A stretch of DNA of 64,000 nt from Thermoanaerobaculia bacterium (GTDB lineage: Bacteria > Acidobacteriota > Thermoanaerobaculia > Multivoradales > Multivoraceae): the NCBI GenBank assembly GCA_963664405.1, contig OY761158.1, positions 3,968,001 through 4,032,000 on the forward strand, written 5' to 3'. The position numbers and the translations under genes are program-made. Positions within the stretch are counted from its first letter, which is position 1. The number at the start of each line of letters is the position of its first letter. This document shows positions 11,050 through 21,691 of the stretch, one piece after another. The notes beneath the pieces are model-generated. The model ran no database searches. It saw only the letters and a program-made list of their open reading frames with translations, and had not been told where the DNA came from.

Positions 11050-11603
11050 CAGGAGCTCCTCCCGTCCTCGAGGTTGAAGCCCAGCAGCCCGGCAACTTTT
11101 CCCTGCACTTCGAGGATCAGCTCTGCCTTGCGCAGCGCCTCGCGAGTACGGGATAGCTCCTTTTCCAGTTGCTCGACCTTCTTGGCCAGCGGATTGCCGG
11201 ACTTCGCCTTGCGCCCTCGCCTTCGGCCCAGCCTTCGCAGAGCGCCGGTCCTGCGTGCCCTGCGCCAGGCCGTCAGGTGGGAGCTGTACAATCCCTCGCG
11301 ACGCAGGATCGCGCCGATGTCGCCAGGCGTGGCCACTTCGACTTCCTCGAGGATTCGCAGCTTGTACTCGGCCGTGAAGGTTCGCCGCGTTGGCTTGGCG
11401 ACCACCTCAGGATCCAACACAGGGCTCGGCCGCGCCCAGATGGCGCACGCTGCTGCGTCTCCGTGCTCGCTACGCTCGCCCGTCGGCGCCTCCGCGGACC
11501 CCAGCTGGGCGCACGGGGGAAGCTGGGAAACCTCCTCCTCGCCCCGGACCGCAATGGACGTGCCTGCTGATCTCATCTCTTGCATCTTCCTCTCTTCAGA
11601 CAT
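11049..11603 (-). CDS. IS OrfA HTH protein
   Basis: RRTFTAEYKLRIL..LRREGLYSSHLTAWR; TGATG stop/start overlap with orfB. Confidence 0.9.
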   Translation of the reverse strand: MSEERKMQEMRSAGTSIAVRGEEEVSQLPPCAQLGSAEAPTGERSEHGDAAACAIWARPSPVLDPEVVAKPTRRTFTAEYKLRILEEVEVATPGDIGAILRREGLYSSHLTAWRRARRTGALRRLGRRRGRKAKSGNPLAKKVEQLEKELSRTREALRKAELILEVQGKVAGLLGFNLEDGRSS

Positions 11604-11821
11604 CAGGTTTCACCTCTCCGCCCTACTCTATTTAAGGGGTGGCGAGATGTCTCAAGCATCTTGGCAGAGAGGGCATCGACCCAACGTGTACCGCAGTGTT
11701 CATCGTCGAGTAGAGGCCTGTCTTCCGACTCTAGAACAGAGCCGATGCCCAAGTGGGATTCGGCCCTCTTTCTTGGTGCGTCAGGCAGTAAGTCCTGGAT
11801 AAGCGACGAAGATGCTCGAGA

Positions 11822-11996
11822 TGCACCTTTCCTAGTGGAAGGTGCAATGGACAACATCGTCAGTGTCGTGAAATCTGGCGAGGTGCGACACGTATAGCCG
11901 GAAGCGGATAAGCCTCCGGTAACGCTGAGCTGCACCTCTTCTAGTGGAAGGTGCAACGGGCGATACATTGATTTGTGCGTAGCTGGAAGGTGCGCA
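11822..11996. repeat. Two 26-bp imperfect palindromes (11822-11847, 11931-11956), each followed by a half-site
   Basis: tgcacctttcctagtggaaggtgcaa and tgcacctcttctagtggaaggtgcaa; extra aggtgcg half-sites near 11881 and 11988. Confidence 0.85.
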
Positions 11997-12165
11997 GATG
12001 GGACGGGTGGCGGCGGCCAGTCCTCGCCCCTAGTGCTGCACCGTCAAACGTTGCCCCGTTGCGCGTCGAGGAGCAGGCCGCCTACCTATACAGGTGTTTG
12101 GCGAGGGCGTTTGATACAGCTGTGGCTACTCCGTCGATGCTAGCGAAGCCGCAGCTCAAGATGAC

Positions 12166-12960
12166 CTAGTCGCCGACCTGGTCCTCGGGGTTGGCGATCG
12201 CGTCGCGCAGATCGTCCAAATAGGACCGTAGCGTCTGGCCGGTCAGTGGGAGAACGAAGTCCTTTCGATTCCTACTCAGCTCAACGATGGACCCTCTTTC
12301 TCGCCCCTCGCTCACCTGCTTCGCCAGCTCCCAAGCGAAGAGATCAGCCGCCTCGAGAGCGCGCACGGATCCCTTGTCTGCGAATGTGTAAGACGTGCGA
12401 CCGAACCTCTCCCGGAAGTAGGGGGAGTCGCCGATGGCCCGCATGAATTCGTTGGCCTCGGCCTCATGACGATTGCCAGCCTCAAAGAAATAGGCAATCG
12501 AGCTGATGCTCTGCTTCCTCGCCCACTGCGCAACGCCAAGTGCCACGAGGTAGCAACAGATCGAATAGGCGGTTCTGAAGCCTCGCTGCTCTATGGGCGG
12601 CATGGTGCTCAGCTCGTTCATGTTCAACGCCACGGCTCCACCATAGACGGTGCGTCTCCTGACTAGCTTCACCGCACCCTTGATGTATCGATCAGCCTCG
12701 TCCTGGTCGAGATCGGAGAACTCTCCGCGGCGCGCCGCGAGATCGGTCATATGGAAGATGCGATCCCCGAACAGGCGCGACCATTCCTTCTCGAACGTCT
12801 TGGCCTCGGCAGGAAAGAACACATAGCCCGCAACACAGAATGTGCCATCCTCGCGCTCGCTCTCGTCGAAATAGGCTTGGAGTATCAGGGCTAGCCCCTC
12901 TTGGGAAGACGGAGACGTGACGGTTCTCGACGAGAAAGGCCATCCTCTCGTGACTCCCAA
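12166..12960 (-). CDS. DUF3800-like (RNase H-like) protein; true start probably near 12890
   Basis: AYFDES, FHMTD and LEAADLFAWE motifs. Confidence 0.75.
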   Translation of the reverse strand: MGVTRGWPFSSRTVTSPSSQEGLALILQAYFDESEREDGTFCVAGYVFFPAEAKTFEKEWSRLFGDRIFHMTDLAARRGEFSDLDQDEADRYIKGAVKLVRRRTVYGGAVALNMNELSTMPPIEQRGFRTAYSICCYLVALGVAQWARKQSISSIAYFFEAGNRHEAEANEFMRAIGDSPYFRERFGRTSYTFADKGSVRALEAADLFAWELAKQVSEGRERGSIVELSRNRKDFVLPLTGQTLRSYLDDLRDAIANPEDQVGD

Positions 12961-13156
12961 GGGTGCCTCTCAGGGGAACGATCCTGGCCCGATGTCTGAG
13001 CCCTCGGCGGAGATCGTCGCCGCGGCAGAGGTCGAGATCGAAGAAAGCGACAGGCCCCGTGGAGGTCTAGCTGTCGGCGCTTTCGGCCCCGAGTCCGAAA
13101 ACGACTAGAGGACCACACTTCTCGGTTCCCTCGAAGCTGCAACGAAAGAAGGAGAG

Positions 13157-13459
13157 TCAGGTGGGGCGATGCCGGACGCGGCGGAGACCGAATTCCCTGG
13201 CGTACTCCACCTCTTTGTCCGCTAGAACGATATCGAGGCTCGATCGGAGCTGCGGCGGCACTGAATCCGGGTCGGCCGGTACGATACAGACGAAGGAGCC
13301 TGCCCCCTCGGACATTGACCGCCATGGGCCGTCCGGAGAGTCAGCGATCTTGACGTGCAGTTGGATCCGCTCTCCGCTGGAGGCATCCACGAAGAGTGTG
13401 TCAACGGGTTGGCCATGAGCCCGCCTCTCTTCCGGGAGTGAAAGTACATCTCCACTCAT
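13157..13459 (-). CDS. Hypothetical protein
   Basis: 100-aa ORF with a GAGG RBS; no recognisable motif. Confidence 0.4.
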   Translation of the reverse strand: MSGDVLSLPEERRAHGQPVDTLFVDASSGERIQLHVKIADSPDGPWRSMSEGAGSFVCIVPADPDSVPPQLRSSLDIVLADKEVEYAREFGLRRVRHRPT

Positions 13460-13679
13460 TGGTCCTCTCGCCCCTCGCGCGTAGTTGCGATAAGCAAGGA
13501 ATATAGGCGAGAGGCTACACCAATCGAGCCCAATTTCGGACCAGACGGCCGTCCCAGAGAGTCTCGCTGGGGGTCGAGAGGGCGCTTCATGTTGGTACCT
13601 ATGTGGTACCTATTAAAGGAGGATGTCGACGGAGTGCTGTGACCGTAAACCCTATCTCTTGTATTTATAAGGGTTGGGA

Positions 13680-13729
13680 TGGTGGAGCCGAAGGGAATCG
13701 AACCCTCGACCTCTTGAATGCCATTCAAG
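13680..13729 (-). repeat. att core: 50-bp exact copy of the 3' part of tRNA-Ala(GGC)
   Basis: Identical to 22927-22976 in the same orientation; lacks the tRNA 5' end. Confidence 0.95.
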
Positions 13730-13889
13730 GGGTAGAGGTTTGCTGGAGTTTGCTACAGTTTGTGTTTCATAGTTCTGTAGGCATTTCTTTTAGTTCTGTT
13801 TGCTGGAGTTTGTTGGTGTTTGCGTCCACGTGATTGCTATATGATTGCCGACTAGATTGCTGGGCTACTCTTCTGGAAGACCGCTGGCG

Positions 13890-15119
13890 ATGCGAAAGCG
13901 AATCACAAAGCGCTCGGTCGACAGTCTCGAGCCGGGTCCACGAGCTGTCTTCCTCTGGGATACCGAGATCTCGGGATTCGGCTGCAAGGTGACCCCTGCG
14001 GGCCGGAAGGTCTACATCTTTCAGTACCGAGTTCGGGGGCAGAGCAACAAGACCGCTCCCAAACGGGTGACCCTCGGCAAACACGGAGAGCTGACTCCTG
14101 ACACAGCTCGGAAACGGGCAGCGCTCCTCAAGCTCGACGTGAGAGCCGGCACCGACCCCGCAGCCGTCTGGAGGGCTGGTGAGGCGCCCACCGTATCGGA
14201 CCTGGCTGAGCAGTTTCTCGAGAAGTACCTCCCGACCAAGAAGCGCCCACCTCGGGACTCGACGATCGCCTACTACGAGACTCTCTTCCGCTGCCACGTC
14301 GTTCCAGAGCTCGGTCGAAAGCGCGTCGACGCAGTCACCTCCGCGGACGTGGACCATCTTCACTCCGGGATGCGGTCTACTCCCTACATCGCCAACCGGA
14401 CCCTCTCGCTGCTGCAGCAGGCCTTCGACCAGGCCGAACGCTGGGGCTGGCGGAAACAACACACGAATCCGGCCATTCACATCGACCGCTATCCCGAAGA
14501 GCGTCGCGGCGAGAGGAAAGAAGTCATGCTTTCCGCCGACCAGATGGCGAAGCTTCTCGAGGCGATCGATCTGGAAGAGGCAGCAGGCACAGACTCAGTG
14601 GCGTGTGCCGCAACCCGCGTCGCCTTCTGGACCGGGTGGCGCATCGGCGAGGTGCTGCGCCTAGAGTGGGCGAATCTCGATCTCGAAAGAGGCAGCGCAA
14701 GACTGTTAATGACGAAGACGGCGCGAGAAGAGTATCGCCAGCTCCCAGCCGAGGCAATCAGCGTTCTCCAGGCCCTCCCAAGGACAACTCGATGGGCGTT
14801 CCCCGGACGAGATCTCGAGAGTCACCTCACCACCGTCCGCAAGCCCTGGTCTTCCATCCGAGAACGAGCGGGCCTCGACAATCTCGATGGCCTCGGCCCT
14901 CTCCGACTCCACGACCTCCGGCACAACGTAGTGAGCTGGGACGTGTCCCGTGGTGTTCCTCTGGAGATCGCCGGTAAGAATGTCGGGCACCGCTCTCGGC
15001 GCTCAACCGAGGTCTATGCCCACTTCGCGCCGGACGCACTCAAGCGTGCGGCTGATGAACGCGCGGAAGCCATGCGTACGGCAGTCGAGGCGTCGAGGGG
15101 CCCGGCGGACACTGAATGA
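13890..15119 (+). CDS. Tyrosine integrase, P4-like, with an N-terminal arm-binding domain
   Basis: LWDTEISGFGCKV N-domain; TGWRIGE, TKT, HDLRH, GH and VYAH catalytic set. Confidence 0.95.
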   Translation: MRKRITKRSVDSLEPGPRAVFLWDTEISGFGCKVTPAGRKVYIFQYRVRGQSNKTAPKRVTLGKHGELTPDTARKRAALLKLDVRAGTDPAAVWRAGEAPTVSDLAEQFLEKYLPTKKRPPRDSTIAYYETLFRCHVVPELGRKRVDAVTSADVDHLHSGMRSTPYIANRTLSLLQQAFDQAERWGWRKQHTNPAIHIDRYPEERRGERKEVMLSADQMAKLLEAIDLEEAAGTDSVACAATRVAFWTGWRIGEVLRLEWANLDLERGSARLLMTKTAREEYRQLPAEAISVLQALPRTTRWAFPGRDLESHLTTVRKPWSSIRERAGLDNLDGLGPLRLHDLRHNVVSWDVSRGVPLEIAGKNVGHRSRRSTEVYAHFAPDALKRAADERAEAMRTAVEASRGPADTE

Positions 15120-15569
15120 GCGTTCGCCCGTTTTTCGCACCATACGGGCGAGGGTGAGCTGGTGTTCCTGCGCTTACTCGAGCTGCGTGACGACGGGGTG
15201 GTCGGCATCACGGAGACCGTGCTCGAGTACGTGCCCTCTCGCGAGTCCCAGATCGCGGTCCTTCACAGCCGTCACCTCTTCCGGCAGGGCTGGCGCTACC
15301 AGGAGCTCCTCAACCTACTCGAGGTGGCCTAGTTCAAGAGGGTGGAAGCCTTCGGAGGCTTTGCGCAGCAGCCGTTCGAGCGATGGAATCGGAGGAGCTG
15401 GTGCTGGTTGCGAAGTAGACGGATCACAGGAGTGCAGGCCCGAAGGCCCGACTTGGCGGCATGAGATCTGCGGTCCTTGAATGAAAATCTGGGTTGGAAG
15501 ACGTCGAGAAAACAACCAGTTTTTCACCGATTCGTCCGTAAGCGGCAGGACCCTTGGCAGTCCCCGGTT

Positions 15570-15881
15570 CTAGGGGATCTCAACTTGGATGTCTTCCCCG
15601 TCCACTCTTACCTCGTAGCATGCCACCTCCTGCGGCGCGGGAGGGCTGAGGTTCTTCCCCGTGCACAGGTCAAAACTCGCTCTGTGCCAAGGGCAGGTGA
15701 CGGTTGTCCCATCGAGTGAGCCTTCGGAGAGCGGGCCTCCTCTGTGCGTGCAGGTGCCGCCGATGGCATAGAACACCCCATCCACGTTGAACAGTGCGAT
15801 CTTTAAGTCCTGAACCTCAACAGCCTTGCCTTGCCCAGGAGGAAGATCCTTCCTCTCTGCTACCTTGTGAAAAGTCCCCAT
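15570..15881 (-). CDS. Rieske [2Fe-2S] ferredoxin
   Basis: CTHRGGPL..CPWH. Confidence 0.92.
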   Translation of the reverse strand: MGTFHKVAERKDLPPGQGKAVEVQDLKIALFNVDGVFYAIGGTCTHRGGPLSEGSLDGTTVTCPWHRASFDLCTGKNLSPPAPQEVACYEVRVDGEDIQVEIP

Positions 15882-16026
15882 CGCTAACGTTCCTCCGTGA
15901 TGGCGAGATTAGCCGTCGCTCTCGGCGGTGTTTCTAGCCTGGTCGAGCCGGCGCCGGAAGACCCCCATCGCCTCGACCCCCTGTTCCAAGCCTCTGAGAC
16001 ACGCTCGTGGAGAGCCATCCGATGGC

Positions 16027-16278
16027 TCAGGGAGCTTCGAGGTCGAAGGCTTCGTAGTTCTTCGCAATCCAGGATTGCCACTTGTCTGGAACCTCTTCGT
16101 CGGCGACGATGGCTTCCACTGGGCAGGCGTCGACGCAGAGTCCGCAGTCGATGCACTCTTCCGGATGGATGAAGAGCGTTTCCCACTCGTCCTTGTCGTA
16201 GATGCAGTCCACCGGGCAGACCTCGACGCAGGCCGTATCTTTGACCCCGACGCAGGGCTCCATAATGATGTATGTCAA
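16027..16278 (-). CDS. FdxA-type dicluster ferredoxin
   Basis: CVGVKDTACVEVCPVDC..CIDCGLCVDACP. Confidence 0.92.
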   Translation of the reverse strand: MTYIIMEPCVGVKDTACVEVCPVDCIYDKDEWETLFIHPEECIDCGLCVDACPVEAIVADEEVPDKWQSWIAKNYEAFDLEAP

Positions 16279-16347
16279 ATCGAGTCTCCGTTATCTTTTC
16301 TCACTACCTAAAGAGGGGCTGAAACACCCTCCCTCCTTTCGCAGGTC

Positions 16348-17034
16348 TCAATGACCCTTGGAAGAGGACGATGTGTTCGAGCCACGTACCTCTGTCGAAA
16401 ACGTGACCGCGTACGTACAGGTCGCGTCGCCGTCCGGCATGAAGGCCTCCCGCTCCAAGCGGGCACCTAGAAGATCACTCAGCAACGCACTCTCTGCCTG
16501 GCAGGGGAGCTTGCAAACATCAACTAGGCCACAGAGCGGACAGTGGTATATGCGGAGTCGGGGTGGGCCTGTTTGACCGCCCGCTACGTCAGCCAGGAAT
16601 CCTTGATCCGTGAGAATCTCGGCGACCGCCTCCAACCTGTCGCTGGGGTCAAGGTCGCGAACTTGTGCCTGCAGGTCTTCGCGCTGACTCGCACCCCACG
16701 CCTCGAAGAACTCCACCAAGAGACCCTGGTGGCCGTTCCCGATCAAATAGGAGACGAGCTCTCTAAGCAGCTTTCGCTCCCGTTGAGGAAAGAGCTCTTC
16801 GCCCAGAGCGCTCAGCCGGTATTGAACTTCGGGTCGGCCGGCACCGCTTCGCCTCACGCCCGTCCGCACGACTAGACCGAGGCCCTTCAGGGTCTTTAGA
16901 TGGTCGCGCATCGTCTCCCGAGCGAGAACAATCTCTTCCCCAAGCTCGGATAGAGTGGCTTCCCCCTTGAGCTTAAGGCTCTCCAGAAGCAGCCGCTGGC
17001 TTTCTCCCAGTCCTGGGCCAAAGAACGAGCTCAT
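16348..17034 (-). CDS. SufR-like HTH metalloregulator
   Basis: N-terminal wHTH, GAGRP..YRLS, C-terminal HCPL..C..C cluster ligands. Confidence 0.85.
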   Translation of the reverse strand: MSSFFGPGLGESQRLLLESLKLKGEATLSELGEEIVLARETMRDHLKTLKGLGLVVRTGVRRSGAGRPEVQYRLSALGEELFPQRERKLLRELVSYLIGNGHQGLLVEFFEAWGASQREDLQAQVRDLDPSDRLEAVAEILTDQGFLADVAGGQTGPPRLRIYHCPLCGLVDVCKLPCQAESALLSDLLGARLEREAFMPDGDATCTYAVTFSTEVRGSNTSSSSKGH

Positions 17035-17041
17035 ACCGCCT

Positions 17042-17070
17042 AGCCTAGGTAGGCGAAGTGACGATGTCAA
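17042..17070 (-). promoter_or_regulatory. Sigma70 promoter TTGACA-N17-TAGGCT for the SufR-like gene
   Basis: tgtcaa at 17065-17070 and agccta at 17042-17047 on the plus strand. Confidence 0.7.
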
Positions 17071-17094
17071 GATAAAAGTGGATGAAAGCACTAA

Positions 17095-17115
17095 AATAGC
17101 CAGAATTCTGCTATT
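17095..17115. promoter_or_regulatory. Candidate operator palindrome in the divergent promoter region
   Basis: aatagccagaattctgctatt, a near-perfect inverted repeat. Confidence 0.5.
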
Positions 17116-17132
17116 CTAGCCGTGAGCTTGGC

Positions 17133-17489
17133 ATGACCGTTTTGACCCAAGAAGAGTGCGTTGCCTGCCGGCGGGATGCTCCTACGGTCAGTGAGTCGGA
17201 AGCCTCGCAGCTCAAACCCCAGATTCCGGAATGGGTGCTCGTTTCGCCGGATGGGGTTCAGCGTCTCGAGCGCGAGTTTCGCTTTGCGGACTTCTCTCAG
17301 GCACTCGCCTTTACGGTGAAAGTCGGTGAGCTTGCCGAGGGCGAAGGCCACCACCCGGCGCTCCTAACCGAATGGGGTCGCGTCACCGTGAGCTGGTGGA
17401 CGCACAAGATCCGTGGATTGCACCGCAACGACTTCATCATGGCCTCGAAGACAGACCTCCTCTTCCAGGGTCTTCGGCCCGCTGAGTAG
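17133..17489 (+). CDS. phhB: Pterin-4-alpha-carbinolamine dehydratase
   Basis: [37 protein letters not shown]. Confidence 0.92.
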   Translation: MTVLTQEECVACRRDAPTVSESEASQLKPQIPEWVLVSPDGVQRLEREFRFADFSQALAFTVKVGELAEGEGHHPALLTEWGRVTVSWWTHKIRGLHRNDFIMASKTDLLFQGLRPAE

Positions 17490-17530
17490 CCAAAGACGGT
17501 GGAGGCTCAGCGGAACCAGAACAGCAAAGC

Positions 17531-17896
17531 ATGAATAGAGATACATTGACGGTCCAGCCACCAGAAGGCCCAGTCGTCCTGACTGAGAGGGCCGTCACCA
17601 TGGTGAAACTGACGCGGGACCAGGAGGGTCTTGACCCCTCCTGTGGCCTGCGGGTAGGCGTCCGAGGCGGCGGTTGTAGTGGCTTTGAGTATGTGCTCGA
17701 TTTCGAGCACGAGCCTCGTGCGGATGACGTCGTCCTCGAGTATGACGATCTACGCGTGTTTGTGGATTCAGTGAGCCGCCGCTACCTCGAGGGCACGACA
17801 CTCGACTACAGTCTGGGTATGAGTGGAACCGGCTTCAAATTCGACAACCCGGCAGCTACTGGATCGTGCGGGTGCGGGTCATCATTCACAGCCTGA
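17531..17896 (+). CDS. A-type Fe-S carrier (IscA/HesB/ErpA family)
   Basis: GGGCSGFEY..FKFDNPAATGSCGCGSSF. Confidence 0.95.
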   Translation: MNRDTLTVQPPEGPVVLTERAVTMVKLTRDQEGLDPSCGLRVGVRGGGCSGFEYVLDFEHEPRADDVVLEYDDLRVFVDSVSRRYLEGTTLDYSLGMSGTGFKFDNPAATGSCGCGSSFTA

Positions 17897-17996
17897 GGGT
17901 TTAGCGATGGGTGGTCGAGATGGGGGGGGTTCTGGGAATCCTGAGGGTGGGTTTCCTTTAACGGCTGGGACAACGGCACCCTGGACTGGAAGCGAT

Positions 17997-18500
17997 ATGC
18001 CGAACGAACCGTCTTTCCTGACCAGCCGACTCGAGGAGGCCCTTGGCTGGGCCCGCAAGTTCTCGATCTTCCAGTACCCCTTCGTGACTGCGTGCTGCGG
18101 GATGGAGTACATGGCGACGGCTTGCGCTCACTACGACGTTGACCGCTTCGGAGCCGGCCTCCCGAGATTCTCGCCGCGCCAGGCCGACGTGCTCTTCGTG
18201 GTGGGTACGATCAGTCACAAGCTGGCGCCAGTCTTGGTACGCATCCATGAGCAGATGGCCGACCCCAAGTGGGTAGTCGCCTTCGGCGTCTGCACGTGCA
18301 CGGGCGGTTTCTATGACAACTACGCGACGGTGATGGGCATCGACACGATCATGCCGGTGGACGTCTACATACCGGGATGCCCGCCACGGCCGGAGATGGT
18401 GCTCGACGGTCTGATGAAGCTCCAAGACAAGATCCAGGACCAGCACACGACTGGCAAGAAGCCCCCAGCCGAGAGCCGCCCCGAGATCCTCGAGACATGA
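17997..18500 (+). CDS. nuoB: Stand-alone NADH-quinone oxidoreductase subunit B-like protein
   Basis: TACCGMEY, RFSPRQAD, QMADPKWV, CTCTGG, VDVYIPGCPPRPE. Confidence 0.9.
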   Translation: MPNEPSFLTSRLEEALGWARKFSIFQYPFVTACCGMEYMATACAHYDVDRFGAGLPRFSPRQADVLFVVGTISHKLAPVLVRIHEQMADPKWVVAFGVCTCTGGFYDNYATVMGIDTIMPVDVYIPGCPPRPEMVLDGLMKLQDKIQDQHTTGKKPPAESRPEILET

Positions 18501-18574
18501 ACAGCTCCTCGTTGATTCTGCGGCCTGCTCCAGAGCCTCCGGAGACGACGTCCGCCTGATGGGGAGAGACTTGC

Positions 18575-19786
18575 ATGGCATCGCTTAACGTTTTGTCGCA
18601 AGAGGGTACGAGGCCCGAACGTCCCTCCGGGCAACTGTCGGCGATCGATAACCTCGTCGCGGTGGCCAGCGGAAAAGGGGGTGTTGGAAAGTCGACCGTC
18701 GCGGTCAATCTGGCCTTGGCCATGCGCGAATTGAGTTTGCGTGTTGGTATTGTGGATGCCGACATTCTGGGGCCCAGTGTGCCCACGATGCTCGGCCTAC
18801 CGGCAGGACAACCGCCGTCGTCTGGCGATGGCCAAACCTTGATTCCTCCCGAGGCTCATGGCGTAAAAGCCATCTCGATGGGGATGTTCACCGGCCACGA
18901 CCAGCCGGCCATTTTGCGAGGCCCCATGGTCTCCAAGTACATTCAGCTCTTCTTCGAGGGCGTTACATGGGGCGAACTGGATTGTCTGCTCATCGATCTC
19001 CCGCCCGGTACGGGAGATACCCAGCTCACCCTCGCGCAGCAGATCCCCCTGTCGGGCGCCATTATCGTCACCACACCGCAAGATGTCAGTCTCAACATCG
19101 CTCGCCGCGGGTTGCGGATGTTTCAGACAGTCAATGTTCCCATTCTTGGAATCGTTGAAAACATGAGCGGATTCGTCTGCCCTCACTGCGACAAGACAAC
19201 GGATGTGTTTCGGTCCGGTGGTGGGCTTAGAATGGGGCGCGAACTGGGTGTGCCTTTCTTGGGCGCGGTTCCCTTGGATGCCGAGATTGTTCTCAGCGGG
19301 GATCAGGGCGTCCCGATCGTCGTTTCAAAGCCCAAGTCTCGGGCATACGACGCATACATCGATATAGCAACCACTCTCATTACCCAGCTGGGGGCCAATC
19401 CAAAACCGGCGCTTCGGCCCTTCGTGTGGAACTGGTCGACTGGCGAAGGCGCGCCGAAGTGGTTGAAGGAAGCGGCCCACAAAGACGGCGATCCGAATAC
19501 CCCCATCGGGTTGCGGAGAAAGGACGCCAAGACACTGGAGATCCTCTGGAGCGACGGAGCCCTCCACCAGTACAACGCTCGGAATCTGCGGTTGGCCTGT
19601 CCGTGCGCCCAGTGCCTCGAGGAGATAACTGGACGCAAGGTTCTCGATCCCGAAACGGTGAAGGAAGACATCGAACCCCGCGTCATTTCGAGCGTAGGGC
19701 GCTACGCCATCACGATTCAGTGGACCGACGGTCACAGCACCGGCATTTATCCTTTCGAACGGCTGCGCGAAAAGGTGAGCCCATGA
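18575..19786 (+). CDS. Mrp/ApbC (NBP35) Fe-S carrier ATPase fused to DUF971
   Basis: SGKGGVGKST, DLPPGTGD, ENMS..CPHC; C-terminal LRLACPCAQC..VGRYA..DGHSTGIY. Confidence 0.93.
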   Translation: MASLNVLSQEGTRPERPSGQLSAIDNLVAVASGKGGVGKSTVAVNLALAMRELSLRVGIVDADILGPSVPTMLGLPAGQPPSSGDGQTLIPPEAHGVKAISMGMFTGHDQPAILRGPMVSKYIQLFFEGVTWGELDCLLIDLPPGTGDTQLTLAQQIPLSGAIIVTTPQDVSLNIARRGLRMFQTVNVPILGIVENMSGFVCPHCDKTTDVFRSGGGLRMGRELGVPFLGAVPLDAEIVLSGDQGVPIVVSKPKSRAYDAYIDIATTLITQLGANPKPALRPFVWNWSTGEGAPKWLKEAAHKDGDPNTPIGLRRKDAKTLEILWSDGALHQYNARNLRLACPCAQCLEEITGRKVLDPETVKEDIEPRVISSVGRYAITIQWTDGHSTGIYPFERLREKVSP

Positions 19787-19909
19787 CGACCGCCACGTTG
19801 CACAGCGACCCGTTCACCATGCCAAGACTCGTCCTTTACTCGTGACCGCGGAAACGTACCGGGTGTCAAGGAACATCATCTTTGACGACCCCTGTCTGGT
19901 TTCTTTGTA

Positions 19910-21687
<1,778 letters not shown>

Positions 21688-21691
<4 letters not shown>

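Larger units (their letters stand above)
10007..11671 (-). mobile_element. Complete IS3-like insertion sequence
   Basis: Imperfect inverted repeats tgtcaagaactttgagaca (10012) and tgtctcaagcatcttggca (to 11666); flanking direct repeat ggcatcg at 10000-10006 and 11672-11678. Confidence 0.85.
9700..11713 (+). pseudogene. C-terminal PxKF-like domain remnant interrupted by the IS element
   Basis: RALPLKAEIFD..WQFNLKTK..EYGI resumes after the IS as DPTCTAVFIVE* (stop at 11713). Confidence 0.6.

Noticed and set aside
11822-11996. CRISPR array
   Set aside because: Only two full repeats, 83 bp between them, and no cas genes in the window
13680-13729. Second tRNA-Ala gene
   Set aside because: The 5' 26 nt (acceptor 5' strand and D arm) are missing; it is an att copy
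15116-15331. Small gene after the integrase
   Set aside because: Broken frame and no recognisable family
19783-19870. Selenoprotein read-through at MPRLVLYS-TGA
   Set aside because: No UxxC/CxxU context and no convincing downstream frame; more likely a truncated gene start
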